Shown here piece by piece: positions 37,840-50,790 of a stretch of DNA of 64,000 nucleotides (the stretch's first letter is position 1; every line of letters begins with the position of its first letter). The notes under the pieces are model-generated. The model ran no database searches, had not been told where the DNA came from, and saw only the letters and a list, made by a program, of their open reading frames with translations. The translations under genes were made by a program, and so were the position numbers. The stretch lies in NCBI GenBank assembly GCA_964016885.1, contig OZ024741.1, positions 170,376,001 through 170,440,000 on the forward strand, in the 5' to 3' direction. Source of the DNA: Eledone cirrhosa (taxonomy: Eukaryota).

Positions 37840-38008
37840 ATATATATACATATATATAATATATATATAATATATATATATATATAATATATATATTACA
37901 TATATATATATTACACACATATATATATATATATATAATATATATTTATATATATATATATATACATATATATTACATATATATAATATATATATATATA
38001 TATATTAC

Positions 38009-38070
<62 letters not shown>
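37511..38070. repeat. Long imperfect (TA)n tract
   Basis: Direct reading. Confidence 0.98.
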
Positions 38071-38077
<7 letters not shown>

Positions 38078-38121
38078 CGTAAAATAAGAAATTATAAAAT
38101 TGACTTACTTACTAAAATATC

Positions 38122-38203
38122 ACTTCCAACTAATTAGTTTCTGGAATGGAATAAATATATTTTCCGAAGAAGATACTGAGAAGCATTCCGTCGTCAGGGA
38201 AGT
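38122..38203 (-). ncRNA. Type I hammerhead ribozyme (family B)
   Basis: acttcc-CTGACGA-c ggaatg...cattcc a-GAAAC-taatta-GTT/-ggaagt. Confidence 0.85.
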
Positions 38204-38644
38204 CTATTCTCATCTAAGTATCCAGGCAAAGCGTGGACACTGGAAACTTATTAAAAAAATAATTCAGTGGATAGAAAATAGCAAAGCGTGGACTGAATTC
38301 CTAGCCATTGAGAAAATCACTGCCTCTGCGTCGGTGGCAAATTCAAAAAGAATCAATCACGTGACATCGAGGTCAATCAATGGAAAGTGGTTTGCTAATA
38401 AGACAGCGGCCTGCCTGCTACCATAGCAGCAGTCATGGCCAATATTGCTCGACAAATAATTTGGAGATAATTATAAAGAATTAATATCTAGTAACATATA
38501 TATACATACAGATGCATATCAATGCTAGCAAATATATAGGTTTTGTCTTAGTAACTTTGTGGTTCAATGCATAGGGTTGCAGAACAATAATATGAGAGAC
38601 GTAACATAAGAAAATTATAAAATTGACTTACTTACTAAAATATC

Positions 38645-38726
38645 ACTTCCAACTAATTAGTTTCTGGAATGGAATAAATATATTTTCCGAAGAAGATACA
38701 GAGAAGCATTCCGTCGTCAGGGAAGT
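38645..38726 (-). ncRNA. Type I hammerhead ribozyme (family B)
   Basis: Same motif 523 bp away. Confidence 0.85.
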
Positions 38727-39408
38727 CTATTCTCATCTAAGTATCCAGGCAAAGCGTGGACACTGGAAACTTATTTAAAAAATAATTCAGTGGATAGAAA
38801 ATAGCAAAGCGTGGACTGAATTCCTAGCCATTGAGAAAATCACTGCCTCTGCGTCGGTGGCAAATTCAAAAAGAATCAATCACGTGACATCGAGGTCAAT
38901 CAGTTGAAAGTGGTTTGCTAATAAGACAGCGGCCTGCCTGCTACCATAGCAGCAGTCATGGCCAATATTGCTCGACAAATAATTTGGAGAAAATTATAAA
39001 CTTATTTTACGTCTCTCATATTATTGTTCTGCAACCCCATGCATTGAACCACAAAGTTACTAAGACAAAACCTATGTATTTGCTAGCATTGATAAGCATC
39101 TGTATGTATACATATGTTACTAGATATTAATTCTTTAAAATTATCTCCAAATTATTTGTCGAGCAATATTGGCCATGACTGCTGCTATGGTAGCAGGCAG
39201 GCCGCTGTCTTATTAGCAAACCACTTTCCACTTGATTGACCTCGATGTCACGTGATTGATTCTTTTTGAATTTGCCACCGACGCAGAGGCAGTGATTTTC
39301 TCAATGGCTAGGAATTCAGTCCACGCTTTGCTATTTTCAATCCACTGAATTATTTTTTTAATAAGTTTCCAGTGTCCACGCTTTGCCTGGATACTTAGAT
39401 GAGAATAG

Positions 39409-39490
39409 ACTTCCCTGACGACGGAATGCTTCTCAGTATCTTCTTCGGAAAATATATTTATTCCATTCCAGAAACTAATTAGTTGGAAGT
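39409..39490 (+). ncRNA. Type I hammerhead ribozyme (family B)
   Basis: 6-bp stem I ACTTCC/GGAAGT, core CTGACGA at 39415, GAAAC at 39471, palindromic stem III AACTAATTAGTT, predicted cleavage after 39484. Confidence 0.85.
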
Positions 39491-39660
39491 GATATTTTAG
39501 TAAGTAAGTCAATTTTATAATTTTCTTATTTTACGTCTCTCATATTATTGTTCTGCAACCCCATGCATTGAACCACAAAGCTACTAAGACAAAACCTATA
39601 TATTTGCTAGCATTGATATGCATCTGTATGTATATATATGTTACTAGATATTAATTCTTT

Positions 39661-40103
<443 letters not shown>

Positions 40104-40104
40104 C

Positions 40105-40710
40105 TGTAGCATGCGACAGCGGCCACACCCCAGTAGACCGCCTTGGCTGGCGGGCTGAACCAGGTTGAGGGTAGCCGGATGGGTCTGACCCCCCCCCCCC
40201 CCCCGGTGAGTTAGATAGGGGATACCTGCCCCTGCATGCGAAGACTGGACCCGGCGGTGTGAGTGGAGGAGTACAACATCATCCCAACGGTCACAAAGGC
40301 GGCGACAGCAAGCGGTGGGGAGCACTCGGGGACGACAAGGCACTACAGACGTCGTGGCCATCCACTGCAGCTAAAGAAGTCCCTGGTCGTGACGGTCCTC
40401 CGTACAACCGAATTCTGGCTTCTGTGGCCGAGTGAGTGGGACCGTCACTGTGCACTGGCCCTCCCACTATAAACCTTTCCCGCACAGGTTTCTTCTTTAG
40501 CGTGCACTCCCAAAGCCCTGCGGCGATGGGCGAGAGGTGAGGAAACAGGTGGAGGTAACTTCTGGGAGTTCCCAGTCTGACTCCGGTCTCTCCCCCTGTC
40601 TCCACTGTCCCCGGACCTGCAAGTCAAGGATCGGCCTCCACAGCCACCTTCGTGCCCACGGCAGACGGGAACAACAATAAAGAAGATGTCATCATCGTTT
40701 ACGATGGACA
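40105..40710 (+). mobile_element. Probable solo LTR (GC-rich island in TA tract)
   Basis: TG...CA ends, TATAAA at 40468, AATAAA at 40676, AAGC at 40101 and 40710 (overlapping the terminal A). Confidence 0.5.
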
Positions 40711-40712
40711 AG

Positions 40713-40766
<54 letters not shown>

Positions 40767-41387
40767 CACGAACGGTTCCTGAGCGATCAGTCGGCCTTTA
40801 GGTACCCGGGCAAATAGTCATCCTCGAAACTCGCGAGCCCCGTATGGTTTCTCAAGGACTCAAGTATAGACTACTCCATTCAATGGAAAGCCATCACTAA
40901 GTCCACGCCATTCGCAAGGGGCAATCCGTCGTTCGGACTATGTATTGATGAACGAATTAATATTTTAAAGAGATTACGCAATAGCAATTGCCTGAATTCG
41001 AGAAATGAATTCTTCACACGTTGTACACCCCTCTGGCAACACCTTACATAATTACAAAGCTCCGGATTGAATTACAACAACATCGTAATTTTCTCATCAA
41101 CTAGAAACTTTCTGACTTTCGCAGTTATCTCCCTTACACCTCTCGCACACGATTTTGTATTACCTGGGTGAAGCGACCGTTTCTGCGCATGCGTGTTCAT
41201 ACGGTTGTCTTTCCTGTTCCGTATAACCATGTCCATTACAAGCTGAGGATTCGCTAAGGTGAAACAATTGTTCTCGGTATTATGAACTAACTGTTGTGGA
41301 AACACTTCTACCTTACTCGTCCCATGGACTGAGTGCTCTAACACTACGGATATTACCTTCCAGTATACTACCTCTCTCTCTCTCTCT

Positions 41388-41440
<53 letters not shown>

Positions 41441-41445
41441 TATAT

Positions 41446-41615
41446 AACAAAGGAATTGTGGTAACGAACCAGATGGACCATAACGCACCAGAGTACTCAA
41501 TACTTATGGTAGTAGAGTGGGAAATAGGAAATTGGAAAAAGTATTATCCCGACGGTAGAGTCCAGAAATCGCCGGTCGAAAAGGCTTGAGCTCTGCCGTC
41601 GGGGTCATACATTTT

Positions 41616-41620
<5 letters not shown>
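41446..41620. mobile_element. Short TA-flanked element with terminal GC hairpin; related to 6908-7028
   Basis: Shared 5' ~80 bp; CCCGACGGTAGAG...CTCTGCCGTCGGG stem. Confidence 0.65.
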
Positions 41621-41656
<36 letters not shown>

Positions 41657-41670
41657 GTATATATATATAT

Positions 41671-41722
<52 letters not shown>

Positions 41723-41726
<4 letters not shown>

Positions 41727-41891
41727 GTTATTCCGGGTTGAATCGGAGGTAACCACAGTAAGTAAGGTACTCAATACATAGCAGAGTATAACAGTTTTAA
41801 TATAGATGAGATTCTACAGGAATCGTCAGGATTCCTGATGATTTCAAATGAATGAAACAGTTCTAGTCCTGTAGAATCTCATCTATATTAA

Positions 41892-41895
<4 letters not shown>
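41723..41895. mobile_element. Short TA-flanked element with 29-bp inverted repeat enclosing an HHR-like core
   Basis: Inverted repeat 41793-41821 / 41867-41895; CTGATGA at 41835 and GAAAC at 41854; GGTAAC..GTACTCAATAC module shared with the 41446 and 6908 elements. Confidence 0.55.
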
Positions 41896-41922
<27 letters not shown>

Positions 41923-41926
<4 letters not shown>

Positions 41927-42497
41927 CCCGGAAAAAATGAAACGAAATTTCATTTCTCACTCTTAGTACGGCTGTTACTTAAATATAAGTATGTATACGT
42001 ACATACATATATGTATACAGACGTACAGTAGTATGTATATATATATATACATACATGCACATATATATATATATATGTACGTATGGATTCACCGAACATT
42101 TATTATAATGTTCGCTGTGTTTGTAAACAAACATCCCGAATTAAGCCGTACAGTGTCTAGCAACCATCGTTGCTCATTTGTTCAACGTTAATATGCATAA
42201 GGAAAGTATATACTTTCAGACGTTCAACCATCTGGCAGGAAGGTATACGTTGCTAACGATAGCTAATAAGCTTGAAACTAGTACATCGTACCTTTGTCAG
42301 TGTTGAACAAATGAGCAACGATGGTTGCTAGACACTGTACGGCTTAATTCGGGATGTTTGTTTACAAACACACCGAGCATTCTAATAAATGTTCGGTGAA
42401 TCCATACGTACATATATATATGTATGCATGTATGTATATATATATACATACTACTGTACGTCTGTATACATATATGTATGTACGTATACATACTTAT
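41923..42497. mobile_element. Diverged family A element, head-to-head inverted, with mutated HHR core
   Basis: 42197-42497 aligns with the 29165-29500 region; 41923-42187 is the inverted 3' part; HHR core at 42253 reads CTAACGA (G5 lost). Confidence 0.75.
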
Positions 42498-42953
42498 ATA
42501 TATATATATTATGTATATATATATATATATATATTATGTATATATATATATTATGTATGTATATATATATTTATTATGTATATATATTATATATATATAT
42601 ATATATTATGTATATATATATATTATGTATATATATATATTATATATATATATATATTATGTATACATATATATTATATATATACATATAATATGTATAT
42701 ATATATATTATGTATATATATATATATTATGTATATATATTATGTATATATATATATTATGTATATATATATATTATGTATATATATATTATGTATATAT
42801 ATATATATACATTCTGCTTCTTCCCATGTATAACCTACAGTTAGAAGCTTCAACGGGCTGTTTTTGACTCTGAAAAATACGCGTTTTGAAGCTTTAAGCT
42901 CTAGGTTAATTTTCAATAAGAATACATCTGCTCAAGGTTCCAAAAGCAGAACA

Positions 42954-43059
<106 letters not shown>

Positions 43060-43109
43060 TTATTAATATACCATCTATATAAATAATACATATATGTATA
43101 CATAATGGT

Positions 43110-43385
43110 AGACACAAGGGCAATAAATTCGGGGAAGGAATGTCAATTTAATCGAACCATTTATTTTATTGTAAGGATGAAAGGCAAAGCTAACCTCAGC
43201 AGTATTTGAACACAGAACGTAAAGGGGCGTAACTCTATGTCACGATGCATATGATAATAATTGTTTCTACTTCAGGCACAAGGCCAGCAATTACCCAGTA
43301 CATTACTGGTACTTTATTTTATCGACCCCGTAAGGATGAAATCAAAGTTAACCTCGGCGGGATTTGAACTCAGACTGTAAAGCAT
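43110..43385 (-). mobile_element. Two partial SINE copies
   Basis: AAGGATGAAAGGCAAAGCTAACCTC and CGACCCCGTAAGGATGAAATCAAAGTTAACCTCGGCGGGATTTGAACTC. Confidence 0.8.
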
Positions 43386-43417
43386 ATGATAATAATAATA
43401 CAAATATATATATATAT

Positions 43418-43730
43418 ATATCATCTAGAAATTGATTGACATATATATATATATAAAATAAGCACATGAAACAATCACAGGGGATAATTTGTAAAGTGTG
43501 TAAGCACACACAGCTAGGTAGGTAACTAATTAAAGCTTAACTAGAACTTCAAATATAGATAGCTTTTAAAATAATTAATCTTCCTTGTATATATTTCATC
43601 TAGTTAAACTTTAATTAGTTACCTACCAAGGTTGGTGTGCTTACACACTTCACAAATTATCCCCTGTGATTGTTTCATGTGCTTATTTTAGATATATATA
43701 TATACATGTCAATCAATTTCTAGATGATAT
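43418..43730. repeat. ~130-bp imperfect inverted repeat (foldback) adjoining (TA)n
   Basis: ATATCATCTAGAAATTGATTGAC...TAACTAGA mirrored at ~43598-43730. Confidence 0.85.
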
Positions 43731-43821
43731 AAAATGCTCGGATCTATTCATTGCAATCTTTGAGCTTATTCTACGGTGGTTATGGTGCATGTCTCGGACA
43801 TGACACCCTTAATTTAATTTT

Positions 43822-43870
<49 letters not shown>

Positions 43871-43995
43871 TGTATATATAGTGTATTTTGTAATACACTG
43901 TATGCTTAATTAAAAGAATTTTGAAGACCTTACGCTATTGTTTTAGAGTAGTGACAGTCTCACTTACTTTATTTTTCAGCAAACAGGGGAGATAA

Positions 43996-44040
43996 AGCTG
44001 ACTGAACTCTGTTTCGCACTTTTTGGTGCCTATCAAAGCT
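43996..44040 (-). ncRNA. Degenerate family C hammerhead
   Basis: agct-TTGATAG-gcac...gtgc-GAAAC-agagttca-GTC-agct; A9 changed and stem III palindrome broken. Confidence 0.55.
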
Positions 44041-44377
44041 AAGTACTCCGCCTGTTTGCTGAAAATCATGAATGTTTGATTCTTATAGAATTCTAGTAAT
44101 AATCAGGAACTGATTATACAGAGCGTTTGCCGGTCAAGGAGAAATTGAAAATTAGAATTGGTGCTCTGAAATAGCGATATATATATGAATGTATATATAG
44201 TGTATTTTGCAATACACTGTATGCTTAATTAAAAGCATTTTGAAGACCTTACGCTATTATTTTAGAGTAGTGACAGTCTCACTTAGTTTAATTTTCAGCA
44301 AACAGGGGAGATAAAGTTGACAGTTGAGTTCTGTTCCTGATTATTACTAGAATTCTATAAGAATCAAACATTCATGA

Positions 44378-44470
44378 TTTTCAGCAAACAGGCGGAGTAC
44401 TTAGCTTTGATAAGCACCAACAAGTGCGAAACAGAGCTCTGTCAGCTTTATCCCCCCTGTTTGCTGAAAA
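44378..44470 (+). ncRNA. Type I hammerhead ribozyme with U3-A8 core (family C)
   Basis: agct-TTGATAA-gcac caacaa gtgc-GAAAC-agagctct-GTC/-agct; distal stem I TTTTCAGCAAACAGG/CCTGTTTGCTGAAAA; predicted cleavage after 44443. Confidence 0.8.
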
Positions 44471-44604
44471 GTAAAGTAAGTGAGACTGTCACTACTCTAA
44501 AACAATAGCGTAAGGTCTTTGAAATGCTTTTAATTCAGTATACAGTGTATTGCAAAATACACTATATATACATTCTTATATATATCGCTATTTCAGAGCA
44601 CCAA

Positions 44605-44772
<168 letters not shown>

Positions 44773-44817
44773 TAAACAAATAATGAACAAACAATTCCTT
44801 ATATTAAACAAAAAAAG

Positions 44818-44972
44818 TTCACTATTTAACGATCGTTTCTAGGGTATATATGTGTTATAATTGGTATGCATATTTAACAGATCTATGTACAAAATTATAC
44901 AAAATTATACAAATTATCAAGATTAAATATACATACCTAACTCATATATACGCCGTCTTCAGAAATAATGAA
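44818..44972 (-). ncRNA. Hammerhead ribozyme in PLE pseudo-LTR (inverted copy)
   Basis: Reverse complement of 50293-50447. Confidence 0.75.
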
Positions 44973-45740
44973 GTATATTTATTGATAATAACAACAATTC
45001 AAAATATCAGTTCAAAATTGACCAATGAAAACACAAAGGGTTAAAAGCAGTTTGGTGTGTGTATATACATGTAAAAACCTTACACATATTTTACAATAAT
45101 GTGTGTATAATTTGTATGTGCATACTAAAAAGATGGATGCAAACACAAAATTTCAAGGTTAATATCTCTGTAAGCTTAATGCGCTGATAAGATACGCAAT
45201 GATACTTATGGAGTCAAGCATATAAATATATTTTTTTCATACTCACACATATCAGTATAATCACACATACATGTGCGTATATGCATAAATATACACATAA
45301 CCACGAACATACAAACACACACACTCCCCCACTCACATTTATATATGTGGATATAAAATCATAAGCAAATAGAAATTAAGTCACTCACATAAAAACACTG
45401 GCACACACATTTCAAGATCAAGATACAGAAATTAGGTGGGAGGGGGGGGGAGGGGTCAGTATTAGATTGTCAGACCAGACTGCCTAATATAAATGTATCT
45501 ATAAATTAAGAAAAATAAAAAAATAAAAACAATAAAATATAATAAATATAATATAATGTACATACACATACAGATATACATACACATAGATACATGTACG
45601 CGCACATAGAGATATTTACACATACATACATACACACACACCTATACAGTCATACACACACATACATTTACACGAACATACACATACACATATAAAAAGA
45701 TATAAATACACACACACTCACGCGCAACACATACACACAT

Positions 45741-45793
<53 letters not shown>

Positions 45794-46123
45794 TAGACTC
45801 TTATATATATATATACATATACATATATATATATAAACATATATATCCACACACTCATACCACCATAAATACACATACAAACACCCACATGTATATATAT
45901 ATATATATATATATATCCACATACACACACGTACACATATATATATATATACATATATACACATACATATATATATATACACACACATAAAAAACAGACA
46001 TGCACATATATATATATATATATATATTTCATTACTCTTATATATACACATAGTATATATACATACACAACCTCACTTATACACATATACACATAAGTTA
46101 TATTACAATAATAATAAAGAATA

Positions 46124-46184
<61 letters not shown>

Positions 46185-46325
46185 TACATACATACACATA
46201 CATACATACACATAAATATATACATACATAAATACACACATACGAAAAGACATATATTCACACATAGACACCTATATACACATATATATATATATATATA
46301 TATATCTATATATATATACATACAC

Positions 46326-46356
<31 letters not shown>

Positions 46357-48090
46357 CACACACACACACACACACAGACACACATACACACTCACATATA
46401 TATATATATATATGTGTATGTGAGTGTGCGCAAATACACATATATATACACACACACATACAAACACACACAAACACATACATATGCATACGTGCACACA
46501 CACACACATATATCACATAGATACGAAGATAAACATATAAATAGAGAGACATACAAATATATACAGAACCCATATACACATACATACAAACACGCATATA
46601 CATATACATACATATATACACATATATATATTCCTATATACAAGCATACACATACATACACATATATACATATACATACACATATACATACCACACATTC
46701 ACATACACATACATATATAATACATATATATACATATATATACATACATATGTATGTACGATCATATATACACACTCAATCTTACATTCATATTTACATG
46801 CTCATATATGTATTTTTATATTTAGAAATAAATACCAAAACCTATATAGACACCCACCTACACATATATTCATACATATACGCTTACAAAAACAGATGAT
46901 AATAGTATGGGGGAAAGGGGGGGTTTGGAGAAAGGGATCAAAGTAAATATATGTTTCAAGAAACATATAATATTTTCCGTATCTTAATTCAATGTATGTT
47001 CTTACATATTTTCAGTGCTAGGAAATACGAAATCTATGCATCTCAAAACAAAAAAGTATACCATTAATCATATGTTAACTAAACCAAAGATAGTCAACAT
47101 ATTGATTTCCAAGGTGTAAATTAGTTAGGTTTATAATATTTGAAGCAGAATTATGAAGTCAAACAGTAGTAGATTATTAATTACATTATAACTAAATTAA
47201 AGTTAATAACGTTATGGTATCAATATTAGGAGATGAATTTAGTAATAGGGAAAAGAAACCCAAATAAAAATAAAATAAAGTATTACATCGGTAGTAGCAT
47301 ATAAATTATATGTTAACTAAATTAAAAATTATATATTTATTTCAATAGTATACGTTAATTAGTATATGTTAATTAGGTATACAATACATAAAGCAGATAT
47401 TGTATTTCATCAATAGCATAATATAATTATATGCAAATAAAAATCAAAATTAATACGCATACATATACATATACATACACATACACATACATATACATAT
47501 ACACACATATATATATATATATACATATATATACACATATATACATATATACTCACATAAATATACATACAGATACACATACAACACACACATATACATA
47601 TACATATAGATATACAAATCTTTTTCAAAAAATTGCACAGAATATATTAACTAGGTATATATCAAAAACACATCCCATTCTATGATTACATGACATTCTG
47701 CAATTCGTCTGTACAAGGATACTAATTTTAAGCAAATTAAAATTAAAGTTTTAGGTTGATTAAAACTAAAACCAAATAATAAATATATTTCCAAAATGTA
47801 TATTAATTAGGTCTATAATACTAAAAATTCTTTCTCCGTCATTGGATACATGATATTATTTTGTTATATTTTATCTGTAAAAGAATTATAATAAAAAAAA
47901 TTATAATAAAAGGTTAAAATAAATTAAAATTAATCTATAAATTAAATTACTGAGTATATATTAGTAATATTTAAAGGTTTTTCAAAATTTATGATTACAT
48001 AATATTTTCTCATCTGTAATAAAATATTAATTAAATTAAATTTATAGGTTAACTAACATTTAAATTAAATTAAATTCTAGAATAATGTTA

Positions 48091-50016
48091 TTAATTAGGT
48101 TTATAATATTTAAATGTTTTTTTTAGTTTATGATTACACGATATAATTAATTCCTGTCTTTTATTTAATAAGATATCCCTAGACTTCATTATTTCAAATA
48201 GTTCTTGGGAACATAATCTACATTCCTTTCTATTATTTTGATAAGGGGTGGCTCTTTTGAGCACACTCCAGGTCAAATCATATTTTATATTTTTATTTTT
48301 ATAACTATTGATTTTTTCTGCTAGAGATGTTGTATTAGCCAGTGCGGCATTTTTAAAGCTATGTTTGTGGGTATTATACCTTGTCTTAAAATTGTTAGAG
48401 GTAGCTCCTATATATGAGCAAATAGAATCTTTAGTTTTAACATTACATTTATAGACTATGTTGTTAACAAGACAATTCCCTTTTAATGGGCAGTTTGTTT
48501 TGTTTCTACAGTTACATCCTTTCGTTAATTCTGTATTTGAGGAGATATTATTGTTAATTTGATGTACTGGTGGTATACTTATGGTTTTCTTACATTTATA
48601 TGCATTATATGCACTTATATTTTGTTTTATGTTATTTGTTGTAGAGTATGAGAATTTAACTGTAGACCTATTTAAGATTTGATGGTATTTGTGGTTTGGC
48701 GGGAAGTTTTTCTCAAGGATATAAAAAAATTTTTTAGCAATATTATCCTTAACTTGTAAATTAAAAGGAGCATTATACCAAGTAACTCGTCTATTACGGT
48801 TTCTATGTTGTTTATTATTTTTATTATTTTTATATGTTGTATCATGATTTTTACTAGGAGGATTAATGTTAATGATCTCACCACAACTATTTTTAGTTAT
48901 ATTTGTAGATTTAGGTGTTTTATCTTTTTTATTAGGAGTTTTATTATTAATATTTATTATAGTTGTATGATGAGTAGTTTTTTGAGGGTTACTATACTTT
49001 ATATTAGAAGATTTAGTATTTTGGGGTATACTGTGGGTGGCATTTAGGTGTGTACTTTTCATTTGGTGTTTGTTGGTAATATTATGCTGTATGCTTTCAG
49101 TATTTTTAGTAGAAGGTATATACTCTAATCTATTTTTGTGGCCACTTCTATCTAGAGCTTCATTATAAAAGGTCGCATTTTTATCAAATACATCTTGGTT
49201 AGAAGAAAGGTTAGAAATTCTAAGTGATATATTATATGCAAGGTTTTTAAGGATAGATTTAGGGTGATTAGATTGTGAGTGTATGTAATGTAAGTTTTGG
49301 TTAGGTTTATGGTAAGGTTGGTATATACCCGTAGCTAAATCTAAAGTTATATCTAGGAAATTTACTACTTTACTTGTTTTTTCAAAAGTAATATTAAGAT
49401 TATAATAGTCTTTAAGGAAAGTTCTAATATGCTTTTTGTTTTTTTCGATTTCTGAAAGGCTAAGGTTGTTAGAAAGAAGAAGACAGTCATCACGATATAA
49501 ACCACCTTTGAGGTGGGGAAAAGAGGCATTTATGTTGAAAAGGAGAAAGAGGCCCACAAGATCAGTAATTTGGGCGGAATCGCTTGAACCCATAGTAATA
49601 TCAAAAAGATTACTGTATGTGTTTCTGGTCCAGTATTCATTCTGAAATTCAATAAGTGTTTGTCTAGCATGTGTAATAATGTTAATGTCATCCGAAGTTA
49701 AATTAGATCTATTTTTAGCAAATATTAATGCTTTGTTCAGGAGTATGGGTGATATAGAAGAATAGTAATTATCTATATCAAATTGTAGGAAAGAAGCAGA
49801 AGATTTACACCTAATATTTTTAAACCAATTAATTACCTGGGAGGTGTTTTCCCAGAGTGGTAAAATAACGTATTTTCTTATTTGTGGGATGACTCTATCT
49901 AAAATTTTTTTGCTAATTATTCCAATATCTGATTTGGAGGGACATATAAGTCTAATAGAAGGATTAGAGTTAAAGTTAGATTTGTGATCTTTCAGGTTGA
50001 AGTGTGGTCTTTTCAA
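48091..50016 (-). pseudogene. 5'-truncated PLE RT/GIY-YIG ORF (641 aa)
   Basis: Matches the C-terminal 641 residues of the 820-aa ORF; truncated at the inversion junction. Confidence 0.95.
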
Positions 50017-50023
50017 TGCATTT

Positions 50024-50500
50024 TCTTGAAATGTGTGTGCCAGTGTTTTTATGTGAGTGACTTAATTTCTATTTGCTTATGATTTTATATCCACATATAT
50101 AAATGTGAGTGGGGGAGTGTGTGTGTTTGTATGTTCGTGGTTATGTGTATATTTATGCATATACGCACATGTAAAATATGTGTAAGGTTTTTACATGTAT
50201 ATACACACACCAAACTGCTTTTAACCCTTTGTGTTTTCATTGGTCAATTTTGAACTGATATTTTGAATTGTTGTTATTATCAATAAATATACTTCATTAT
50301 TTCTGAAGACGGCGTATATATGAGTTAGGTATGTATATTTAATCTTGATAATTTGTATAATTTTGTATAATTTTGTACATAGATCTGTTAAATATGCATA
50401 CCAATTATAACACATATATACCCTAGAAACGATCGTTAAATAGTGAACTTTTTTTGTTTAATATAAGGAATTGTTTGTTCATTATTTGTTTAATATTTTA
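50024..50500 (+). repeat. 5' pseudo-LTR of the PLE (partial tandem copy, 176-bp internal deletion)
   Basis: Matches 55902-56554 except for a deletion at ~50172 bounded by TGTA microhomology. Confidence 0.9.
50293..50447 (+). ncRNA. Type I hammerhead ribozyme with 116-nt stem II in PLE pseudo-LTR
   Basis: TTCATTATTT-CTGAAGA-[116 nt, mostly paired]-GAAAC-gatc-GTT/-AAATAGTGAA; 10-bp stem I with one GU pair, palindromic stem III AACGATCGTT. Confidence 0.75.
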
Positions 50501-50790
50501 TCTTGACTCTGTATACCGTTTATCTTTCACCGAAAGTGGATTTTCATTACATCTCTTCTTTCCATGATATCCGGAATACATTGAGTTCTTCATACGGATT
50601 GGACACTACCGTAAACTCTTGGTAGATTTATCTACATAATTTTGCTCCTATTTTCACGGAAATATTCGTATTTTTGTACTGTATGTGTGTATTAATTTTA
50701 TATTTATGTATAAACATATATATATGTATGATTTTGTAAACCCATATACATTTAGTTGAGCTCTTTCAATTGTCCATCATCCATATCACA

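Larger units (their letters stand above)
38071..39660. mobile_element. Non-coding HHR element family B (523-bp monomer): ~1.8 copies on -, ~1.3 copies on +, head-to-head
   Basis: Tandem repeats 523 bp apart, inversion junction at ~39000, both outer ends run into (TA)n; three intact HHR motifs. Confidence 0.85.

Noticed and set aside
38100-38426. 108-aa ORF in family B (and 39213-39512)
   Set aside because: Antisense to the HHR, TTG start, interrupted by a stop in the middle copy, no recognisable motifs.
41072-41344. 90-aa ORF in an island between TA tracts
   Set aside because: No motif I can recognise with confidence; possibly a decayed TE.
42812-42951. Hairpin with AAAACGCGT resembling HHR stem III
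   Set aside because: No CUGANGA-type core found upstream.
50221-50415. 64-aa antisense ORF repeated in every PLE pseudo-LTR
   Set aside because: Recurrence reflects copy identity only; overlaps the HHR antisense; no motif.
50682-50755. Possible small intron (GTATGT...TTTAG) before the PLE ORF
   Set aside because: Plausible for a PLE, but such motifs are common in this AT-rich DNA and there is no transcript evidence.
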